From an uncultured delta proteobacterium (GTDB lineage: Bacteria; Desulfobacterota; RBG-13-43-22), in contig CAVQFQ010000017.1 in NCBI GenBank assembly GCA_963711835.1, positions 512,001 to 576,000 on the forward strand: a DNA stretch of 64,000 bases. The letters run 5' to 3'. Made by a program: the position numbers and the translations under genes. Every line of letters begins with the position of its first letter. The stretch's first letter is position 1. This document shows, in pieces, positions 39,693-50,065 of the stretch. Under the pieces are notes generated by a model. That model had not been told where the DNA came from and did no database searches. It saw only the letters and a list, made by a program, of their open reading frames with translations.

Positions 39693-41531
39693 ATGCATCC
39701 CCGCTGGTATCTAAAAATTTTTAGCGCCTTTCTGCTGGTGATCGGGGTCGTGGTCATCCCCGGCACCCTATACCTGGGATCCAATCTGAAGTCTTTTTTG
39801 ATGAGCCAGCAGGAGCAATCCCTGCGCCGGGAGTTGAAACTGGCCGGTGTGATGGTAGCCGATTCGCTGGCCGCTGCCGGCCAGGAATCTTCCGGGATCA
39901 AGGCCTTGGCCAACAAAGTCAGCGTCCACATCGAACGCCGGGTTACGATCATCTCCAAAGACGGCCGGCTGCTTGGCGATTCGGGTTTGAGTCCCGAGGC
40001 GCTGGACCAGACCGATGACCACTCTCATCGGCCGGAAATTCTGGCTGCCAAGGCCAAGGGGTATGGCCAGAGCATCCGATTCAGCACTACCCTGCAGGCC
40101 AACACCCTCTATGGGGCCATTCCGATCTATAGCCAGGGGCGTCATCTCGGATACGTACGCCTGGCCTTACCGCTAAGCCGGGTGGAAGAAATCGTAGCCG
40201 GCCTCCGTGGGATCCTCTTCCTGGCCGGCGGATTGACCAGCCTTTTGGCGATTCTGCTCAGCCTCTTTTTGACCTGGACTATCAGCCGGCCTCTGCGCGA
40301 GATCACCGATATGGTTAAACGAATGGCTGACGGGGATCTTAAACAGCCTTTCCATCTTTTTCCCAAAAATGAATACAGCGAACTGGTGTCTTCCCTGGAA
40401 CGGATGGAGGACGATCTTCGGGAAAAGATGGAATTATTGGAAACCGAGACCGGGCAATTACGAACCCTGCTCTTCACCATGCGCGAAGGCGTGCTGGTGA
40501 CCGATGAGAAGGGCCGGATCGTTTTAGTCAATCCCTACTTAAATGAGGTCTTAGGCGGCCGCCTATCCTGGAAGCGGCGCACCATCCAGGAGGCCTTCAT
40601 GAGCGCCGATTTCCAGGATGCCCTGGAAGCGGTCTTGAAAGGCGAGGCGGTTAAAATTATTGAGATTTCCTGCTGCCGCGATCCCCAGAGACATTTTGTG
40701 GTTCAGGTGGTGGCCCTGACTTCAAGCCACCAACCGCGCCGGGCCGTGGCCTTACTGCATGATATTACCGATCTCAGGTACTTATTAAAAGTCCGGCAGG
40801 ACTTTGTAGCCAATGCTTCTCATGAGCTGCGGACCCCGCTCACCTCCATCAGCGGCTATGTGGAAACGCTCCAGTCTCTGGCCCCGGCCGATCCCCCGGA
40901 GATCCGGAAATTTTTAGCCGTCATTCAGAAAAACGTCAAGCAGATGAGCCGGCTGGTTTCGGAATTGCTGGTTTTGGCCAAACTGGATCAGCAGGAAATC
41001 TCCAAGATGCATACCGATAAGGTGCGGCTTAAAGAACTCCTCGAAACGGCCCTGGAAAGCATAGGCGAAGAGGCTCGTAAGAACGACATCGCCCTCAGCC
41101 TGAGCCGGGAGGACCTCCCGGACGATCAGGTCGTTTTCTGGGAAAAGGACCGCATCCTGCAGGCCTTGTTCAATATCCTGGATAATGCCGTAAAATATAC
41201 CTCCGCGGGCGGACGGGTCCAAGTCAGGGCCAGATCCGGCCAGGGCCTGGGCGACCAGGCCGGCCAAAAATTTATTGAAATTTCCGTTGAGGATAACGGC
41301 CTCGGCATTCCCAGGGAAGACCTTCCCCGGGTCTTTGAACGGTTCTACCGGGTCGATAAAGTCCGCTCGCGTGAACTTGGGGGGACCGGATTGGGCCTGT
41401 CCATCGTCAAACACATCGTCGAATCCCACGGCGGCACGGTCCATGTGCAAAGCGTTCCGGGTCAAGGGTCCACCTTTTCCCTGCGCCTGCCTGTCAGCCA
41501 ACCTATCCCAATCACCAAAGCCTCTGTTTAA
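39693..41531 (+). CDS. phoR: phosphate regulon sensor histidine kinase
   Basis: HRPEI periplasmic motif, HAMP, PAS, DFVANASHELRTPL, FERFYRVD, GGTGLGL. Confidence 0.9.
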   Translation: MHPRWYLKIFSAFLLVIGVVVIPGTLYLGSNLKSFLMSQQEQSLRRELKLAGVMVADSLAAAGQESSGIKALANKVSVHIERRVTIISKDGRLLGDSGLSPEALDQTDDHSHRPEILAAKAKGYGQSIRFSTTLQANTLYGAIPIYSQGRHLGYVRLALPLSRVEEIVAGLRGILFLAGGLTSLLAILLSLFLTWTISRPLREITDMVKRMADGDLKQPFHLFPKNEYSELVSSLERMEDDLREKMELLETETGQLRTLLFTMREGVLVTDEKGRIVLVNPYLNEVLGGRLSWKRRTIQEAFMSADFQDALEAVLKGEAVKIIEISCCRDPQRHFVVQVVALTSSHQPRRAVALLHDITDLRYLLKVRQDFVANASHELRTPLTSISGYVETLQSLAPADPPEIRKFLAVIQKNVKQMSRLVSELLVLAKLDQQEISKMHTDKVRLKELLETALESIGEEARKNDIALSLSREDLPDDQVVFWEKDRILQALFNILDNAVKYTSAGGRVQVRARSGQGLGDQAGQKFIEISVEDNGLGIPREDLPRVFERFYRVDKVRSRELGGTGLGLSIVKHIVESHGGTVHVQSVPGQGSTFSLRLPVSQPIPITKASV

Positions 41532-41609
41532 AATGCCCCTACCCGCTGGTCGTTAAAGGCTCGTGCTTTTGACAACCGGCATCTAAATAACCCCTAAGTC
41601 TCCCCCTTT

Positions 41610-41649
41610 TTTAACCGCCATTTAACTGTAAGGTCTTCAAACGGTAACA
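41610..41649 (+). promoter_or_regulatory. four Pho half-sites upstream of the porin
   Basis: TTTAACC 41610, TTTAACT 41621, GGTCTTC 41632, GGTAACA 41643 (11-bp period). Confidence 0.6.
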
Positions 41650-41703
41650 TTCTTTCCTTAGTCTGCTTTTAAATTTTGTTGAAAGAAAGAAAGGAGAGAA
41701 AAA

Positions 41704-42972
41704 ATGGTTTGGAGAAAATGGTTTTGCTGTTTAACTTTCCTGGTCTGTTTCTTGGTTTGGGGAGGGATGGCCAACACCTGGGCCGGAGAGATCGATGCCC
41801 TGCATCTGATCAATGTCCTGAAAAAGAAGGGCGTCCTCACCGACGAGGAGGCCAATGAGCTGATGAAAGAGGTGAGGACCAACACCCAGAAAGAAAAAAA
41901 GGAGATGCAGGAGGAGATCAAGGCCTCCGGGGCCAAGGGCGACCTGCTGCCTTCGGCCTTGAAGGGCTTTAAACTGGGCGCTACCATTTTTGGCGAATGG
42001 AACGCTAAAAATGAATCCAACGGCGGGAAAACGACCAACGAGTTTGCCCTGAACCGGGCCTATCTGACCCTGACCAAGCAATTCAACCCCTGGCTGGGGA
42101 TGAATCTGACCTCGGATCTGTTTACCTCCAAAGATGCCAATGACGCCGGCCAGGGTTTGGAGCTGCGAATCAAGTATGCCATGGCCGAGTTATATTTGGG
42201 CGGGACCACTACCGAAATCGGTCTGACTCATACGCCTTCCGACCAGTACGATTCAGCCATCTGGCCTTACCGGGTCCAGGGGAAGCATTTCCTGGATAAT
42301 CACGGCGTCCAGGCCTCGGCTGATTTAGGTATTAATATTCGAGGGGGATTTGGAAGTTCTCTGGGTGAGGATTTCCTTAAATACGGGTCGAAAGATTATG
42401 CCGGCAAATGGGGCGGCTACCAATTGGGTATCTACAACGGCCCCGGCTACTCCAACTTGGAGTCCAATACCGACAAGGCCCTGGCCGGCTTGATTTATTT
42501 CCGACCGGCTCCCATGGTTGATCTGCTCCAGGGCCTGCAACTGGCCTATTACGGCGTTTACGGCAAGAGCAACACTAACTTCGCCGATGTAACCAAGAAG
42601 AACGATTACCCGGACTGGCAGGTCAATGTCGGACAGTTATCCTGGCAGCACAAGTACTTTACCGTCATGGGCCAGTATTACTGGGGCAAGGGCACCGGCA
42701 CCAGCACGGAGGATAAGGACCGCAAAGGTTATGTGGCGGCCGGCTTCATGCGCATCCCCGGCTTCGAAAAGATGCGTATCTTCGGGAAATATGACTATTA
42801 TGACCCTGATACCAACAAATCCGACAACGGCGATACCACCTGGACTGCCGGCATCTCCTACGATTTTTCCAAAGAGTTCATGCCCTTTATCGCCTACGAG
42901 CACAAGGATTTTGAAGCCAAAAACACCAAAGATTATGACAAGCTTCAGGTGGGCTTCCAACTTAAGTTCTAA
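41704..42972 (+). CDS. outer-membrane beta-barrel porin, probably phosphate-related
   Basis: Signal peptide; L..KGVLT.EEA leader; alternating aromatic strands; C-terminal GFQLKF; inside the pho locus. Confidence 0.75.
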   Translation: MVWRKWFCCLTFLVCFLVWGGMANTWAGEIDALHLINVLKKKGVLTDEEANELMKEVRTNTQKEKKEMQEEIKASGAKGDLLPSALKGFKLGATIFGEWNAKNESNGGKTTNEFALNRAYLTLTKQFNPWLGMNLTSDLFTSKDANDAGQGLELRIKYAMAELYLGGTTTEIGLTHTPSDQYDSAIWPYRVQGKHFLDNHGVQASADLGINIRGGFGSSLGEDFLKYGSKDYAGKWGGYQLGIYNGPGYSNLESNTDKALAGLIYFRPAPMVDLLQGLQLAYYGVYGKSNTNFADVTKKNDYPDWQVNVGQLSWQHKYFTVMGQYYWGKGTGTSTEDKDRKGYVAAGFMRIPGFEKMRIFGKYDYYDPDTNKSDNGDTTWTAGISYDFSKEFMPFIAYEHKDFEAKNTKDYDKLQVGFQLKF

Positions 42973-42990
42973 GGTCCTCCCATTTTCCTG

Positions 42991-43052
42991 CCGGGAAGGG
43001 CCGAGCGGCTCTTCCCGGTTCCTCATACCGGGGCCTCCCAATCGGGAGGCCC
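42991..43052 (+). terminator. tandem hairpins after the porin
   Basis: CCGGGAAGgGCC-gagc-GGCtCTTCCCGG and GGGCCTCCC-aatc-GGGAGGCCC, with TTTTT shortly after. Confidence 0.6.
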
Positions 43053-43077
43053 CGCCTTTTTGGGTGGCCTGTCCGGA

Positions 43078-43106
43078 AATCACCAAAAGTTCACCGGCTG
43101 TTCATG
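43078..43106 (+). promoter_or_regulatory. three Pho half-sites upstream of a small ORF
   Basis: AATCACC 43078, GTTCACC 43089, GTTCATG 43100 (11-bp period). Confidence 0.55.
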
Positions 43107-43170
43107 AAAACTTCTTTCAAGCAGGATATATCTATTCCCCAACAAGAATATCAAGGAAAGTGAACCAACG

Positions 43171-43389
43171 ATGGAAGCCCTGCTTACAACCTCTATCTGC
43201 TCAGAAAAAGAAAAATCCAGGAAACCTATGACGATCCTGCTGATCGATTCAACCTACCGCATATTCTATTTTGTTTTGCAGAAGGGGACCAAAATACGAT
43301 CGGTGGTCCCGGCCGACAAGGTCTTGGAGTTGATTCGCAAGGTAAATTTCGACCTAATCATCTTTGATCCTCAATTGGGGCATTTTTAA
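43171..43389 (+). CDS. small hypothetical protein resembling the N-terminal half of a receiver domain
   Basis: AAGGA upstream; TILLID ... FDLIIFDP resemble receiver beta1 and beta3; alternative ATG at 43228. Confidence 0.5.
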   Translation: MEALLTTSICSEKEKSRKPMTILLIDSTYRIFYFVLQKGTKIRSVVPADKVLELIRKVNFDLIIFDPQLGHF

Positions 43390-43536
43390 CAGCCTGCCGC
43401 CCTAACCCAAAGACCCCTCCAACGTAACCTATTTCCGACAAGGCCTTGAACTCTCAAGTCGGCGAGGGACGGGTTTTCGTTCCCCAACAGGCCCTGGAAT
43501 ACCTCCAGCCTTAATAATCCCTTTCTTTTGCCTTAA

Positions 43537-43580
43537 AACAGAAACGGGCCCCCGGATTTTCCGGCAGGCCCGTTTCTGTT
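43537..43580. terminator. hairpin between the convergent small ORF and phoU
   Basis: AACAGAAACGGGCC ... GGCCCGTTTCTGTT (14-bp perfect stem). Confidence 0.7.
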
Positions 43581-43604
43581 CCTAATGGGTCCGGAGAAAT
43601 AAAA

Positions 43605-44282
43605 TCAGGCCACCTTATGCCGGATATCCTCTCCTTTTATAAAATAGACGACCATTTCAGCCACGTTGGTGGCATGGTCGGCAATCCGCTCCAGGCACTT
43701 GGAGATGTAGTTGAGTTTGATGGCCCGGTTGATGAAGGTGGGATCTTTGATCATGGCGAGGATCAGTTCTTTTTGTATCTTTATGTTCCAGGCGTTGACA
43801 ACCTGGTCGTCCTCGCAGACCTGCAGGGCCATCTCTTCACTTTGTTCCAAAAAGGTGTTTAAGGCGTTTCGGACCATCGCCACCGACCGGCTGGCCAAGC
43901 CCGTCAAATCAAAGAAGGAGGCCAGGGGAGGCTCGGCCTTCAATTCCAGGACGCGTTTGGCGATGCTGACGCATTGATCCCCTATCCGTTCCAAGTCGGT
44001 TACGATTTTCAAGGCCAGGATGATCAAGCGCAGGTCTCGGGCCGTGGGCTGACGCCGGGCAATAAGTTCGACGCTTTTCTCGTCCAGTTCGACCTCCATT
44101 TCATTGATGAGGTGGTCGTGCTCGATCAGGCGGCGGGCCAGATCCGAATCGCGGTTCACCAGGGACTCCATGGCCTGGCCGATCCTTTCCTCGACCTTAA
44201 GGCCCATGTGAATCAGATCGTGCCGAATCGCTTCCAATTCATCATCGTATTTGGTTACGATGTGCGCTTTTTCCATATCCAT
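43605..44282 (-). CDS. phoU: phosphate signalling protein
   Basis: QPTARDLR, DLERIGD, LERIADHATN, GEDIRH. Confidence 0.96.
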   Translation of the reverse strand: MDMEKAHIVTKYDDELEAIRHDLIHMGLKVEERIGQAMESLVNRDSDLARRLIEHDHLINEMEVELDEKSVELIARRQPTARDLRLIILALKIVTDLERIGDQCVSIAKRVLELKAEPPLASFFDLTGLASRSVAMVRNALNTFLEQSEEMALQVCEDDQVVNAWNIKIQKELILAMIKDPTFINRAIKLNYISKCLERIADHATNVAEMVVYFIKGEDIRHKVA

Positions 44283-44373
44283 TTATTCGACCTTATCAGA
44301 CCTTTGGTTATCGGACGGGCCAGGCTTCGAATAGCCTGACCACCCAAAAGATAACCGGCTCAAGCGACAGGTC

Positions 44374-44402
44374 CATAAATTTCAGGTGAAAATAAGGTGA
44401 CA
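44374..44402 (-). promoter_or_regulatory. Pho box upstream of phoU
   Basis: Minus strand TGTCACC-ttat-TTTCACC-tgaa-ATTTATG (11-bp period). Confidence 0.6.
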
Positions 44403-45043
44403 TTTTCGGCTGACAAAGAAGCCGGAATGGGAAACTCGAAAAGAACTCGGCGTCTTTTCAGTAAGGGGCGGGTATGGGGTGCATTTTGCTTCGGCGGACC
44501 ACCTCGCGGCAGTCAGCCGCACCGTTATTACCTGGGGGTCTTGGTTAAGAAATGACCGTCCTCAGGAAACCTCTTCGGGCGAACTGACTTCAGGGCTTTT
44601 TTCATCGAAATGTAACCTGTTCGAAACCAAAAAAGAAAATATAAAGGTTATAATCCATTCCGAAAGTTTCATAAAAAGCCCTTTCAGAAAGAAATATCAG
44701 GGCAGGGTGAATACTTACCATCTCGGCTAAACCTTATTAAAAGAGATCCCGGTTAGAGATTCAGATCAGGATCGGAATAGGAAAAAAATGAAAAAAAGCA
44801 ACAAACTTCTCACGTACCGAAAAAAGTCTGCCCATAATTTTTCTGCAAATAATGAACGGCCCACGGCCAAAGCCTATCAGGAAAAAGAGTGTGTTCAGTC
44901 TCTCCCTGCCGGGGACTGGAAAGAAAGGGCGAAAAACCATTTTCCAACCGAGGAGGGTGATTACAGGGATTATTATCGGGTGCGGTAGCCCCCGATCTGT
45001 TTCACCTCACCTATCCATTCCTTACGAAGGGTTTTCCGATGTT

Positions 45044-45199
45044 TTTCACCAAAGGTTCAACTTCGTGTAACCCGTTTTGGCCTCTGTGCCTTATTTTTTT
45101 ATCTCAAATTCACAAGAAGGGAGGCGGTCTTATCGGAAAAAATCAGCTCTTCTTAACCCTTTTGTAACACGATGGTAACAAAGTAACCTTATTTTAACA
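45044..45199 (+). promoter_or_regulatory. two Pho box arrays upstream of pstS
   Basis: TTTCACC 45044 / GTTCAAC 45055 / TGTAACC 45066; CTTAACC 45152 / TGTAACA 45163 / GGTAACA 45174; AGTAACC 45182 / TTTAACA 45193. Confidence 0.7.
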
Positions 45200-45224
45200 A
45201 TGATTGAAAAATCAAGGAGGAAAA

Positions 45225-46112
45225 ATGAAAAAGATAGTGCTCTTTATTCTAATGGCAACCGTAGTGATGGCCCCTCAGTTAATCCAGGGGGCTACCTTTA
45301 TTCAGGTCAAAGGCTCCGATACGGAAGTGAACGTGGTCCAGCGTTTGGCCGAGAACTTTATGAAAAAGAATACCAATTACAGTATCGCTGTGACAGGCGG
45401 GGGCTCGGGCGTCGGTATCGCAGCCATTATCAATAAAACCACGGACTTGGCCAACGCCTCAAGGCCCATGAAAGATTCGGAATTGGCCAAGGCCAAGGCC
45501 AACGGCGTCAATCCCATCGGGGTGGCCTTTGCCGTGGACGGGCTTTCGGTTATCGTCAATCAAAAAAATTCTTTAAAAACGCTTACCTTGGATCAAGTGG
45601 GCCAGATCTACCGCGGCGAATTGGCCAACTGGAAACAGGCCGGTGGTCCGGATGTGCCGATTACCCTCTACGGGCGGCAGCCTAACTCAGGGACCTTCGT
45701 TTTCTTCCGGGAAGGGGTGGTCCGCGGGGATTATGCCAACAAGATGAATCAGATGAACGGGAACGCCCAGATCCTGGAGGCGGTCAAGAAAGACCTGGGT
45801 GGAATCGGCTACGTGGGGATCGGCTATGTCCTGGATGACCGAGGCGATATAGCCCCTGGTATTCAGGTGGTGGACATCGCCAAGGACAGCCGTAGCAAGC
45901 CTTTTTCTCCTTTGAAATTGGAAAATATCCTCACCGGAAATTACCCTATCACCCGTCCCCTTTACCAGTACTTCGACGGCAACAGCCGGGCCAAGGTCGA
46001 GGCCTTTGTCAAATTCGAGTTGAGCCCGGAAGGGGTGGCCATCATCAAAATGGACGGCTTTTATCCCTTAACCGACCAGTGGAAAAAACATAATGCCCAA
46101 CTCGGATTCTAA
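45225..46112 (+). CDS. pstS: phosphate ABC transporter substrate-binding protein
   Basis: KGSDT, GGGSGVG, ANASR, RQPNSGT, YPITRPL; AGGAGG RBS. Confidence 0.96.
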   Translation: MKKIVLFILMATVVMAPQLIQGATFIQVKGSDTEVNVVQRLAENFMKKNTNYSIAVTGGGSGVGIAAIINKTTDLANASRPMKDSELAKAKANGVNPIGVAFAVDGLSVIVNQKNSLKTLTLDQVGQIYRGELANWKQAGGPDVPITLYGRQPNSGTFVFFREGVVRGDYANKMNQMNGNAQILEAVKKDLGGIGYVGIGYVLDDRGDIAPGIQVVDIAKDSRSKPFSPLKLENILTGNYPITRPLYQYFDGNSRAKVEAFVKFELSPEGVAIIKMDGFYPLTDQWKKHNAQLGF

Positions 46113-47025
46113 TCAGATAAACTTTGCCCTTCCCAAAGAGATCAGGATCTGGAGGCGGTTTCAGGACCGTTTAATCCACCGTTTTTTTCAAGCCAATGGA
46201 ATCCTCTCCATCCTGATCCTGCTGGGGATCTTCCTCTTACTATTGATAGAAGGCTTCCCTGCCGTTAAAAACTTGGGCCTGTCCAGTTTCTTTTCCATGA
46301 TCTGGAACCCCACCTCCTTTGTAAAAGAAACCTACGGCCTGGGGGCCATGATCGTCAGCACCTTAATGGTCACCTTCCTGGCCCTGTTGTTTGCCGTTCC
46401 CATCGGACTGGGCTGCGCTGCCTATCTGGCCGAAATCGCCCCGGTCTGGGTGCGGGAGACATTAAAACCAGTCATTGAAATCCTGGCCGGCATTCCTTCC
46501 GTAGTACTCGGCTTTCTGGGGATCGTGGTCGTCGGCCCGGCCATTGCTGTGGTCTTCCATCTTCCAAACGGCTTGAACGCCCTCAACGGCTCTATTCTGT
46601 TGGCCGTCATGAGCCTGCCGACCATCATCAGCATCTCCGAGGACGCCATCTCCTCCGTACCCAGAACCTATAAGGAGGCCTCCCTGGCCCTGGGGGCCAC
46701 CCGCTGGCAGACCCTGATCAAGGTGATAGTCCCCTCGGCACTTTCCGGGATTATTGCATCGATTATGCTGGGCATGGGCCGAGCCATCGGAGAAACCATG
46801 ACGGTTCTGATGGCCACCGGAAATGCCCAGAAAACGCCCCACCAGATCTTCGATGCCGTCCGGACCATGACGGCCACCATCGCCATTGAACTGGGGGAAG
46901 TGCCCTTCGGTTCCGATCACTACCACGGGCTTTTTGTAGTCGGATTCATTCTCTTTGTTATGACCTTCGCAGTGAACCTGATCGCTGATCTGGTATTGGC
47001 CAAATACCAGGAGGTGGAGCGGTGA
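46093..47025 (+). CDS. pstC: phosphate ABC transporter permease
   Basis: LAGIPSVVLG, EASLALGAT, RAIGETM. Confidence 0.96.
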   Translation: MPNSDSNQINFALPKEIRIWRRFQDRLIHRFFQANGILSILILLGIFLLLLIEGFPAVKNLGLSSFFSMIWNPTSFVKETYGLGAMIVSTLMVTFLALLFAVPIGLGCAAYLAEIAPVWVRETLKPVIEILAGIPSVVLGFLGIVVVGPAIAVVFHLPNGLNALNGSILLAVMSLPTIISISEDAISSVPRTYKEASLALGATRWQTLIKVIVPSALSGIIASIMLGMGRAIGETMTVLMATGNAQKTPHQIFDAVRTMTATIAIELGEVPFGSDHYHGLFVVGFILFVMTFAVNLIADLVLAKYQEVER

Positions 47026-47882
47026 TCAGCAAGGCCCTCAGCGAAAAAATCGGATTTGGTATCCTGATCATGACCACCATTTTGGTGGTGATGACGCTGG
47101 CCGGAATCCTGGTAAATATTTTTTATAACGGGGCTTCCGTCATCAGTTGGGAGTTCCTGACCCAGCCTCCAAGGGACGGCATGACCGCCGGCGGCATCCT
47201 GCCGGCCATCATCGGCACCTTTATGGTCAGCATCATTACCGTGATTTTTGCCGTTCCCCTGGGGATGTTCAGCGCCATTTACCTAAACGAATATGCCCAT
47301 CAAGGCACTTTGGTGCGCTTGATCCGCCTTTCCATCAGAAATCTATCCGGGGTGCCTTCGATTGTTTACGGCCTTTTTGGGGTGGCCATTTTCGTACGCT
47401 TTTTTCATTTAGGGGCCAATATCCTGTCGTCAGGGATGACCTTGGGTCTTCTAACCCTGCCCTGGACCATTACGGCCAGCGAAGAGGCTTTAAAAACCGT
47501 GCCCAAGTCATACCGGGATGGGGCCCTGGCCCTGGGGGCCACTAAGTGGCAGGCCATCCGGACCAATGTGCTTCCCTATGCCATCCCGGGCATGTTGACC
47601 GGGGCCATTCTGGGGCTGGCCCGGGCAGCCGGCGAAACGGCGCCCATTCTGTTTACCGGGGCGGCCTTCTTTATCCCTTTCCTACCCAGGTCTCTTTTCG
47701 ATCAATTTATGGCCCTTCCATATCACCTGTATATATTGGCCACCCAGCATCAAGACATCCAAACGGTCCGTCCGATTGCCTATGGAACGGCGCTGGTGCT
47801 GATTGGTCTGATCCTCTGCCTCAATGGTGTGGCTGTGTTCATCCGTTACAGGTACCGCAAAAAGGCCAGAATGGGACAATAA
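47022..47882 (+). CDS. pstA: phosphate ABC transporter permease
   Basis: [30 protein letters not shown]. Confidence 0.96.
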   Translation: MISKALSEKIGFGILIMTTILVVMTLAGILVNIFYNGASVISWEFLTQPPRDGMTAGGILPAIIGTFMVSIITVIFAVPLGMFSAIYLNEYAHQGTLVRLIRLSIRNLSGVPSIVYGLFGVAIFVRFFHLGANILSSGMTLGLLTLPWTITASEEALKTVPKSYRDGALALGATKWQAIRTNVLPYAIPGMLTGAILGLARAAGETAPILFTGAAFFIPFLPRSLFDQFMALPYHLYILATQHQDIQTVRPIAYGTALVLIGLILCLNGVAVFIRYRYRKKARMGQ

Positions 47883-47883
47883 A

Positions 47884-48672
47884 ATGGCTCCAGACCCTTT
47901 ATCGACCAAAACCTCGAGCCAAATGAAAATAACCATCCGGAACCTGAATTTTTATTATGGCCCCAACCTGGCCCTGGATAATCTCAATCTGGATATCCCA
48001 GGTTATCAGGTGACCGCTTTCATCGGCCCCTCTGGATGCGGCAAAAGCACCTTTTTGCGCTGTCTGAATAGAATGAATGAGACCATCCTCGGCACCCGGA
48101 TAGAGGGGCAGATCCTTCTGGATGGGGAAGATATCTATGCCCCGGAGGTCGATGTGGTGGATGTGAGGCGGCGGGTGGGCATGGTTTTCCAGAAATCCAA
48201 TCCCTTCCCCAAGACCATTTTTGAGAATGTGGCCTACGGACTTCGCATTAATGGGATGAGGGATAAACGGCAGCTTGCCGAGATTGTGGAAAAAAGTCTG
48301 GTAGATTCCGCCATCTGGGAAGAGGTCAAGGACCGGCTGTATGAATCAGCCATGGGGCTTTCAGGAGGCCAGCAGCAGCGCTTATGTATTGCCCGGGCCC
48401 TGGCCATTCAACCCGAAGTCATTCTCATGGATGAACCGGCCTCGGCCCTGGACCCGATCGCCACCCAGAAGATTGAAGATTTAATCCAGAAACTTAAGAA
48501 GGACTATACCATTGTCATTGTCACCCACAACATGCAACAGGCCGCCCGGGTGTCGGATATTACGGCCTTTTTTTATCTGGGGAAATTGATCGAAGTGAAT
48601 GAGACCGGCGCCCTCTTCACCAAACCGAAATTACGGCAGACCGAAGACTATATTACCGGACGCTTTGGCTAA
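47884..48672 (+). CDS. pstB: phosphate ABC transporter ATPase
   Basis: [37 protein letters not shown]. Confidence 0.97.
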   Translation: MAPDPLSTKTSSQMKITIRNLNFYYGPNLALDNLNLDIPGYQVTAFIGPSGCGKSTFLRCLNRMNETILGTRIEGQILLDGEDIYAPEVDVVDVRRRVGMVFQKSNPFPKTIFENVAYGLRINGMRDKRQLAEIVEKSLVDSAIWEEVKDRLYESAMGLSGGQQQRLCIARALAIQPEVILMDEPASALDPIATQKIEDLIQKLKKDYTIVIVTHNMQQAARVSDITAFFYLGKLIEVNETGALFTKPKLRQTEDYITGRFG

Positions 48673-48774
48673 TAAAGAAGTGAGGGGTGGCAAGTGATGT
48701 GTGACGAGAAGAATGCCGGAAGGGGTTACCCTTTCTGCTGGTTTATGTCTTTGCTGAAAGCCGAACGCTGACCG

Positions 48775-49824
48775 CTAATTCGGGAAGTACCAGGTTCCGC
48801 CATGGGGAATCAGAGGGGTTCTCTCTTCACTAAGACCAGCGGCCTGGGCAGCTTCGCGATAGGCTTTAGGGGGCAGGTCAAGGGGTTCGTCGGTTAAGTC
48901 GAAAACCCCCCACTGCTGAGGTATCAAAACCCGGGCCTTCAGATCCAGCAGGGCCTGAACCGCTTCCTGTGGATTCATATGATGAGGTTTCATGAACCAG
49001 CGCGGTTCATAGAGGCCGATCGGCATCAGTGCGGCATCCAAGGGGCCGAATTTTTTCCCGTATTCCTTAAAGCCAAAAAAATAACCCGAATCTCCTCCGA
49101 AAAAAACCTTTCTTCCAAACCCCTCCATCAACCAGGAACCCCAAAGACGTTTATTGGTGTCCCAGGGGGTGCGCTTGGTCCAGTGCTGTACCGGAAGCAG
49201 GCGATAGGTTATCCCTTGGATCGTTACCTGGTCAAACCAATCCAATTCCCTGACCCGGGCCCCGGGGAGGATGTTATCAAACCAGTCTTTATATCCCAAG
49301 GGGGTCAGGTAGATCGGTTTGGTTCCCAGTCTGCGGATACTGTCCTTATCCAGGTGATCATAATGGCTGTGGGAGATTAAAACGACCTCAGGGACCGGCA
49401 GATCTCCCGGTTTGAGCGGGAAAGAGGTTTGACGGTCAATAACGTATAGGATATCCTCGAAGAGGGGGTCGGTCAGTATATTTTGATTTTTCAGCCGGAT
49501 CCATAAAGTGGCGTGGCCCAGATAGGTGATGGAATCGCCGCCGGACAGTATTTCCTTTATCCTGGGTTGGATAACAGGGAAGGAGGGGGGATTTAGTTTT
49601 TCCTTTCGATAAGGATTGGGGCTCAGTTTCCACCGTAAAAAACTGAATAGCCCGCCGGATTGTCTTTCCTCAAGCCAGGGATTGATGAATCGGGGGTTCC
49701 CATGATGGGCCTTCGTCCTGGCCATAGTTTCAAGGTCCAACGGCTTCTCCTGACCATTTCCGGCCAGGGTCATCATGAATAGGATGGCCATGAAGAATAG
49801 CCCTAAACCTATCTTCCTGACCAT
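48775..49824 (-). CDS. MBL-fold metallo-hydrolase (RomA/NAPE-PLD-like), exported
   Basis: YLGHAT, TDP, SHSHYDHLD, QHW, GDSGY, PIG.YEP; N-terminal hydrophobic segment. Confidence 0.88.
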   Translation of the reverse strand: MVRKIGLGLFFMAILFMMTLAGNGQEKPLDLETMARTKAHHGNPRFINPWLEERQSGGLFSFLRWKLSPNPYRKEKLNPPSFPVIQPRIKEILSGGDSITYLGHATLWIRLKNQNILTDPLFEDILYVIDRQTSFPLKPGDLPVPEVVLISHSHYDHLDKDSIRRLGTKPIYLTPLGYKDWFDNILPGARVRELDWFDQVTIQGITYRLLPVQHWTKRTPWDTNKRLWGSWLMEGFGRKVFFGGDSGYFFGFKEYGKKFGPLDAALMPIGLYEPRWFMKPHHMNPQEAVQALLDLKARVLIPQQWGVFDLTDEPLDLPPKAYREAAQAAGLSEERTPLIPHGGTWYFPN

Positions 49825-50065
49825 CAAGGCTGTTTCGGGTCTTACGTTTCCGGCAATCCGCATAGGCTGCAAAATAATCATTGGCGGAAAAAGATGCAAT
49901 CTTTTATTTTAGAGGGGCAGAGCAAGGATCATTTTCCGGATCCCGGCGCAGCTTTTTTGGAACATATTCCTTTGATTTCCAAAAAAAAATGAGTATCATG
50001 GCTCAACTGATATTTTTCAGGAGGCCATTCCCCCGTTCAACTCAGGTGAGAGTTTCTTCGTTGCC

